From Mycolicibacterium smegmatis (GTDB lineage: Bacteria > Actinomycetota > Actinomycetes > Mycobacteriales > Mycobacteriaceae): a DNA stretch of 32,000 nucleotides. The stretch covers positions 6,450,001 through 6,482,000 of the forward strand of contig NZ_LN831039.1 in the NCBI RefSeq assembly GCF_001457595.1, in the 5' to 3' direction. A program made the translations under genes and the position numbers. The notes beneath the pieces are model-generated. The model ran no database searches. It worked only from the letters and a program-made list of their open reading frames with translations, and had not been told where the DNA came from. Positions 21,166-32,000 of this stretch are shown here, piece by piece. Positions within the stretch are counted from its first letter, which is position 1. Each line of letters starts with the position of its first letter.

Positions 21166-21232
21166 ACCGCCGAGCGTGCGGTTTCATACGCGACTCGCGC
21201 ACGATCGCGTACGGGACCGCACGCTCGGCGGT
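21166..21232 (+). terminator. Large compound hairpin immediately downstream of embB (probable embCAB/embAB terminator)
   Basis: Perfect 17-bp arms ACCGCCGAGCGTGCGGT (21166-21182) / ACCGCACGCTCGGCGGT (21216-21232). Inside, a further 7-bp pair TACGCGA (21187-21193) / TCGCGTA (21205-21211) is joined through U-G, U-G, C-G pairs, with an 11-nt apical loop. It starts 7 nt after the embB stop. Confidence 0.5.
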
Positions 21233-21241
21233 GGTCGCGAG

Positions 21242-21290
21242 CTGACTTTCATGCGCGCGGTGCGCCATAATGGTCAATAGACTTATTGAC
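21242..21290 (+). promoter_or_regulatory. Candidate sigma-A-type promoter plus perfect palindromic operator upstream of the EntS-like MFS gene
   Basis: CTGACT (21242-21247), 18-nt spacer, CATAAT (21266-21271). It is immediately followed by GTCAATA-gact-TATTGAC (21273-21290, perfect 7-bp arms) in the only AT-rich patch of this spacer. The ATG is at 21305. Confidence 0.4.
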
Positions 21291-21304
21291 ATACCATTGG
21301 GGCG

Positions 21305-22543
21305 ATGCGGGGCGATGTGAGACGGTACCTGGCTGCCACGTTCAGCGCCCTGACCATCCGTGACTACCGCCGATACGCGCTGGGGCAGACGATCTCCGTC
21401 AGCGGCACCTGGATGCAGAAGCTCACGCAGGCCTGGCTGGTGCTCGAACTCACCGACTCACCCCTGCTGCTCGGCGTCACCGTCGCGGGCCAGCAGTTGC
21501 CCACCCTGCTGTTCACCACACTCGCCGGTGTGCTGGCCGACCGGTACAGCAAGCGCACGATCCTGCTGTGGACCGCGCTCGGCGGCATGCTCCCCGCACT
21601 GGTGCTGGGCGTCCTGGTGTGGATCGACGTCGTCAACATCTGGATCGTCCTGGCGGCCGCCGTGGCCCAGGGCTTCGCCGACGCTGTCGACAAACCCGCG
21701 CGTCTGACGTTCGTCAACGACATCGCCACGCCGGAAACTTTGGCCAACGCCGTCACGCTCAACAGCATCATCCAGAACAGCGGCAAGATCGCCGGTCCGG
21801 CCGTCGCGGGCGTGCTGATCTCGGCGGTCGGCGTATCGGCGTCGTTCTTCCTCAACGCGGCGTCCTACCTACCGGTGGTGATCGCGCTGCTGCTGATCCG
21901 GCCCCACGCACCGGTGATCACCGGAAACGTCTCCGCCAAGGGACATCTCGGCGAGACCCTGCGCTACGTGTCGGCGCGCCCGCACATCGCCGCGGCACTG
22001 GTCCTCATGGCGGTGTCCGGTCTGCTGGCGTTCAACTGGAATGTCCTGCTGCCCACGCTGGCCCGCGACACGTTCGGCGGCGATGCCCGCGTGGTGGGGT
22101 TCGCCTTCACGAGCATGGGCGTCGGCGCGGTGTTCGGCGGGCTGGCGCTGGCCGGTGTCCTGCGGGGCACGTCGAAGTGGTTGATCCTCAACGGATGTGT
22201 GCTGGGCGCCGCCCTCGCACTGACGGGCCTGATGCCGACCGTGACCATCGCGTACGCCTTGCTGTTCGTGGTCGGCGCGGCGAGCGTGACGTTCCGGTCC
22301 ACCGCGACGACGCTGCTGCAGCTGTACTCCGATCCTGGCGTCCGTGGCCGGATCATCTCGCTGCTCGTGCTCGCGACCAACGGCACCACGCCTGTGGGCG
22401 GCCCGATGATCGGCTGGATCTGCACGCACGCCAACCCCAGGGTCGCGTGCCTGGTCGGCGGCCTGGGCACCGTGGCCGCCGCGCTCGCGCACTGGGCCTA
22501 CCTCAGGAAGGCCGGTACACGAAAAGACCCGATCCCCCTGTAG
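21305..22543 (+). CDS. MFS transporter of the EntS/MFS_3 (DUF894-like) type, 412 aa
   Basis: N-terminal FRxYxxGQxxSxxGTWMQ pattern (RDYRRYALGQTISVSGTWMQKLTQAWLVLELT) and LAGVLADRYSKR loop motif. About 12 hydrophobic segments. An alternative GTG start lies at 21317. Confidence 0.85.
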   Translation: MRGDVRRYLAATFSALTIRDYRRYALGQTISVSGTWMQKLTQAWLVLELTDSPLLLGVTVAGQQLPTLLFTTLAGVLADRYSKRTILLWTALGGMLPALVLGVLVWIDVVNIWIVLAAAVAQGFADAVDKPARLTFVNDIATPETLANAVTLNSIIQNSGKIAGPAVAGVLISAVGVSASFFLNAASYLPVVIALLLIRPHAPVITGNVSAKGHLGETLRYVSARPHIAAALVLMAVSGLLAFNWNVLLPTLARDTFGGDARVVGFAFTSMGVGAVFGGLALAGVLRGTSKWLILNGCVLGAALALTGLMPTVTIAYALLFVVGAASVTFRSTATTLLQLYSDPGVRGRIISLLVLATNGTTPVGGPMIGWICTHANPRVACLVGGLGTVAAALAHWAYLRKAGTRKDPIPL

Positions 22544-22574
22544 TGCAGGAGGATCGGGCCTCTTCGTGGGACGT

Positions 22575-29647
<7,073 letters not shown>

Positions 29648-29705
29648 GTTCAGGTCACCCTTAAAGCCGCCGGTCGAGAAGCTCGATCCGTGATGGCGTT
29701 GTTGG

Positions 29706-31598
29706 TCAGTCGGTGGCATCCGGGAAGTCGTTGGCCACCTTGCCGGCGCGCAGCGAGCCGTCCAGGTAGGCGGCACGGCAGGCACGGCGCCCGATCTTGC
29801 CGCTGGAGGTGCGCGGGATCGCACCGGCCGCGGTCAGCAGCACGTCGCGCACCGTGACGCCGTGGCGGACCGCGATCGCGGCGCGGATGTCGTCGGTGAT
29901 GGGGCCGATGTCGAGCTTGTGCGCACCGGGCGCGCGCTCGGCCACGATCACCAGCTGTTCGGAGGTGTCGTCGGGATCGCGCTTGATACCCGAGTGCGCG
30001 TTCTCGAACACCTCGTCGGGCAGCTGGTTGGCCGGCACCGAGAACGCCGCGACGTAACCGGTGCGGATGGCCTTGCTGGCCTCCTGCGCCGAGTACTCGA
30101 GGTCCTGCGGGTAGTGGTTGCGGCCGTCGATGATGACGAGGTCCTTGACGCGGCCCGTGATGTAGAGGTCGCCGTCGTAGAACGCGCCGTAGTCACCCGT
30201 GCGCACCCAGGTCGCGTCGTCTGCGGCACCCTCGGCGTGCGACGGGTTGGTGCGCGACTTGAGGATGTTCTGGAACGTCGCGATCGACTCCTCGGGCTTG
30301 CCCCAGTAGCCGGTGCCCATGTTCTGGCCGCTGATCCAGATCTCGCCGACCTGGCCGTCGGGCAGCTCGGTGGCCGACTCGGCGTCGACGATCACGGCCC
30401 ACTCGGCGATCCCGACCTTGCCAGCGGACGCCTGCGCGACGGCCTTGGGCGAATCGGCGTCGACCTCGACGATGCGGCCCGCGTTCAGCTGGTCACGGTC
30501 GACCGTGATGATCTTCGGCTCTTCCGAGCTGGGCGTGGTGGACACGAACAGCGTGGCCTCGGCGAGGCCGTAGGACGGCTTGATGGCCTTGGGCGGGAAG
30601 CCGAACGGGCCGAACGCCTCGTTGAAGCGGCGCACCGTGGCAGCCGAGATCGGCTCGCTGCCGTTGAGGACGGCCTTGACGTTGGACAGGTCCAGCGGGG
30701 GCGATCCCGGCTTCGGCACACCGCGCGCCGCGGCGTGGTCGAACGCGAAGTTCGGCGCCACCGAGATGGTGCCGCCGGTGTCGCTCTCCTTGCGCGCGAG
30801 TTCGCGGATCCAGCGCTCGGGGCGCCGGACGAACGCGGCCGGGGTCATGAAGGTGAAGTAGTGGCCGATCATCGGTGCGAGCAGCGCGGTGATGAGACCC
30901 ATGTCGTGGAAGAACGGCAGCCACGAGATCCCGCGGTCACCTTCCTCGCCTTCGAGCGCCTCGATGACCTGCACCACGTTGGTCGCCAGGTTGAGATGGG
31001 TGATCTGGACACCGGTCGGGATCCGGGTGGAGCCCGAGGTGTACTGCAGATACGCGATGGTGGTCTCGTCGGGCTCTTCCGGGTTGACCCACGTGGCAGC
31101 GACGTCGTCGGGCACCGCGTCGACCGCGATCACGCGGGGACGCTGGTTGGCCGGACGGGTGCGGAAGAACTTGCGCACACCCTCGGCGGCATCGGTGGTG
31201 GTCAGGATCGCCGATGGATGGCAGTTGTCGAGCACCGCGTGCAGACGGCCCACGTGGCCGGGCTCGGACGGATCGAACAGCGGAACCGCGATGCGGCCCG
31301 CATACAGCGCTCCGAAGAACGCGACCAGGTAATCGAGGTTCTGGGGACACAGGATGGCCACGCGGTCGCCGGGCTGGGTGACCTGCTGCAGACGGGCCGC
31401 GACCGCGCGGTTGCGGGCACTGAACTGCGCCCAGGTCAGGTCGCGGGGCACACCGTCACGTTCCGTGGAGAAGTCGAGGAACCGGTAGGCGAGTTTGTCG
31501 CCGCGCACCTTGGCCCAGCGCTCCACGTGCGCGACGATGCTGCTGCCGTCAGGGAACTTGATTTGTCCGTCCTTGATGAACGGATTGTGGAACGGCAT
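29706..31598 (-). CDS. fadD32: Fatty acyl-AMP ligase FadD32
   Basis: ATG at 31598-31596 ([11 protein letters not shown]...) preceded by CAGGAGAG. Adenylation motifs [22 protein letters not shown] and [11 protein letters not shown]. Colinear with recalled Rv3801c. 630 aa from this start; the track's 667-aa version is an over-extension. Confidence 0.95.
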   Translation of the reverse strand: MPFHNPFIKDGQIKFPDGSSIVAHVERWAKVRGDKLAYRFLDFSTERDGVPRDLTWAQFSARNRAVAARLQQVTQPGDRVAILCPQNLDYLVAFFGALYAGRIAVPLFDPSEPGHVGRLHAVLDNCHPSAILTTTDAAEGVRKFFRTRPANQRPRVIAVDAVPDDVAATWVNPEEPDETTIAYLQYTSGSTRIPTGVQITHLNLATNVVQVIEALEGEEGDRGISWLPFFHDMGLITALLAPMIGHYFTFMTPAAFVRRPERWIRELARKESDTGGTISVAPNFAFDHAAARGVPKPGSPPLDLSNVKAVLNGSEPISAATVRRFNEAFGPFGFPPKAIKPSYGLAEATLFVSTTPSSEEPKIITVDRDQLNAGRIVEVDADSPKAVAQASAGKVGIAEWAVIVDAESATELPDGQVGEIWISGQNMGTGYWGKPEESIATFQNILKSRTNPSHAEGAADDATWVRTGDYGAFYDGDLYITGRVKDLVIIDGRNHYPQDLEYSAQEASKAIRTGYVAAFSVPANQLPDEVFENAHSGIKRDPDDTSEQLVIVAERAPGAHKLDIGPITDDIRAAIAVRHGVTVRDVLLTAAGAIPRTSSGKIGRRACRAAYLDGSLRAGKVANDFPDATD

Positions 31599-31806
31599 AT
31601 CACTCTCCTGTGTCAGAGCCGTGCTCATCGCGTTGTCGCACGTCACACGGCGCGTCCCGGCCGCAACGGCCGGTGAACGCACCGAAACCCGGAGAATCGT
31701 ACCGGGCATTGCGATCCGAGCGATCCGAGCTCGTGGATCGGCCGACCGCCACTGCTCGGTCAGCTCCTCTACGTGCGCGAAGCTCTTAGTTTTCTCTTAA
31801 TGTTAA

Positions 31807-31822
31807 GGGACCGGGTGGTCCC
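31807..31822 (-). terminator. Small hairpin downstream of the truncated minus-strand gene at the window edge
   Basis: GGGACC-GGGT-GGTCCC (6-bp stem, 4-nt loop), 21 nt past the TGA at 31843-31845 on the minus strand. It is followed on that strand by AT-rich TTAACATTAAGAGAAAAC. Confidence 0.35.
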
Positions 31823-31842
31823 GTCCAAATCCGGCGCGCGCG

Positions 31843-32000
31843 TCAACCGTGTTTCGGATGAGGCGCATTTTCGACAAGATTGCGGGCCCATTCGAGCGTC
31901 CACTGCGTGGCGGTTTGCCCGTTCTCGACCCAGAACTGCGGTGTGTTGTACAGCGCGTGCACAGGTCCCGCGGCGCTGCCCGACAGCGTCTCGAGGGTCT
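31843..32000 (-). CDS. 3' end (last 52 codons) of an upstream minus-strand gene, truncated by the window; by position possibly the cutinase-like Rv3802c/Culp6 homologue
   Basis: Hand translation of the reverse strand gives an open frame to the edge: ...[51 protein letters not shown], then stop (TGA, 31845-31843). The identity is inferred only from mycobacterial synteny upstream of fadD32. It is not in the supplied ORF track. Confidence 0.35.

Noticed and set aside
22528-22558. 8-bp inverted repeat CCCGATCC / GGATCGGG between the convergent MFS and accD4 genes, as a possible bidirectional terminator.
   Set aside because: The left arm lies inside the MFS coding sequence, the loop is 15 nt, and the stem is short. 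This is not distinguishable from chance in GC-rich DNA.

Overview
High-GC actinobacterial chromosome, clearly a mycobacterial cell-envelope locus. The gene order and protein sequences fit a fast-growing Mycolicibacterium of the M. smegmatis type. Left to right: an MFS permease (+). Then a lower-GC, minus-strand three-gene operon: a 607-aa WXG-like/alpha-beta-hydrolase fusion, a lipoprotein, and a 104-aa EspC-like YxxxD protein. Then dprE1 (+), furA-katG (+), dprE2-aftA-embC (+, overlapping junctions), embA-embB (+), an EntS-like MFS permease (+), and on the minus strand fadD32-pks13-accD4 plus the 3' end of one more gene at the window edge. No tRNA, rRNA, CRISPR array, transposase or integrase was recognised. 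Many long ORFs in the six-frame track are antisense or out-of-frame shadows of the real genes, as expected at about 67% GC. Several listed ORF starts are N-terminal over-extensions, because the track translates GTG/TTG starts as M. The most interesting region is 1411-4171. This is a translationally coupled module that looks like an orphan type VII (ESX) substrate/effector system: an enzyme with a WXG-like hairpin, a YxxxD partner and a lipoprotein, sitting divergently next to dprE1. Secondary observations: furA-katG splits the dprE1/dprE2 pair. There is a leaderless furA promoter/operator, a strong katG terminator, and a 3x GCGGCTGAG repeat across the embC stop codon. A roughly 27-bp compound hairpin follows embB. 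A perfect 7-4-7 palindrome overlaps a candidate promoter for the EntS-like MFS gene. Pks13 has a proline-rich tandem repeat in its linker. All homology statements rest on reading motifs and recalling M. tuberculosis orthologue sequences; no search was run.
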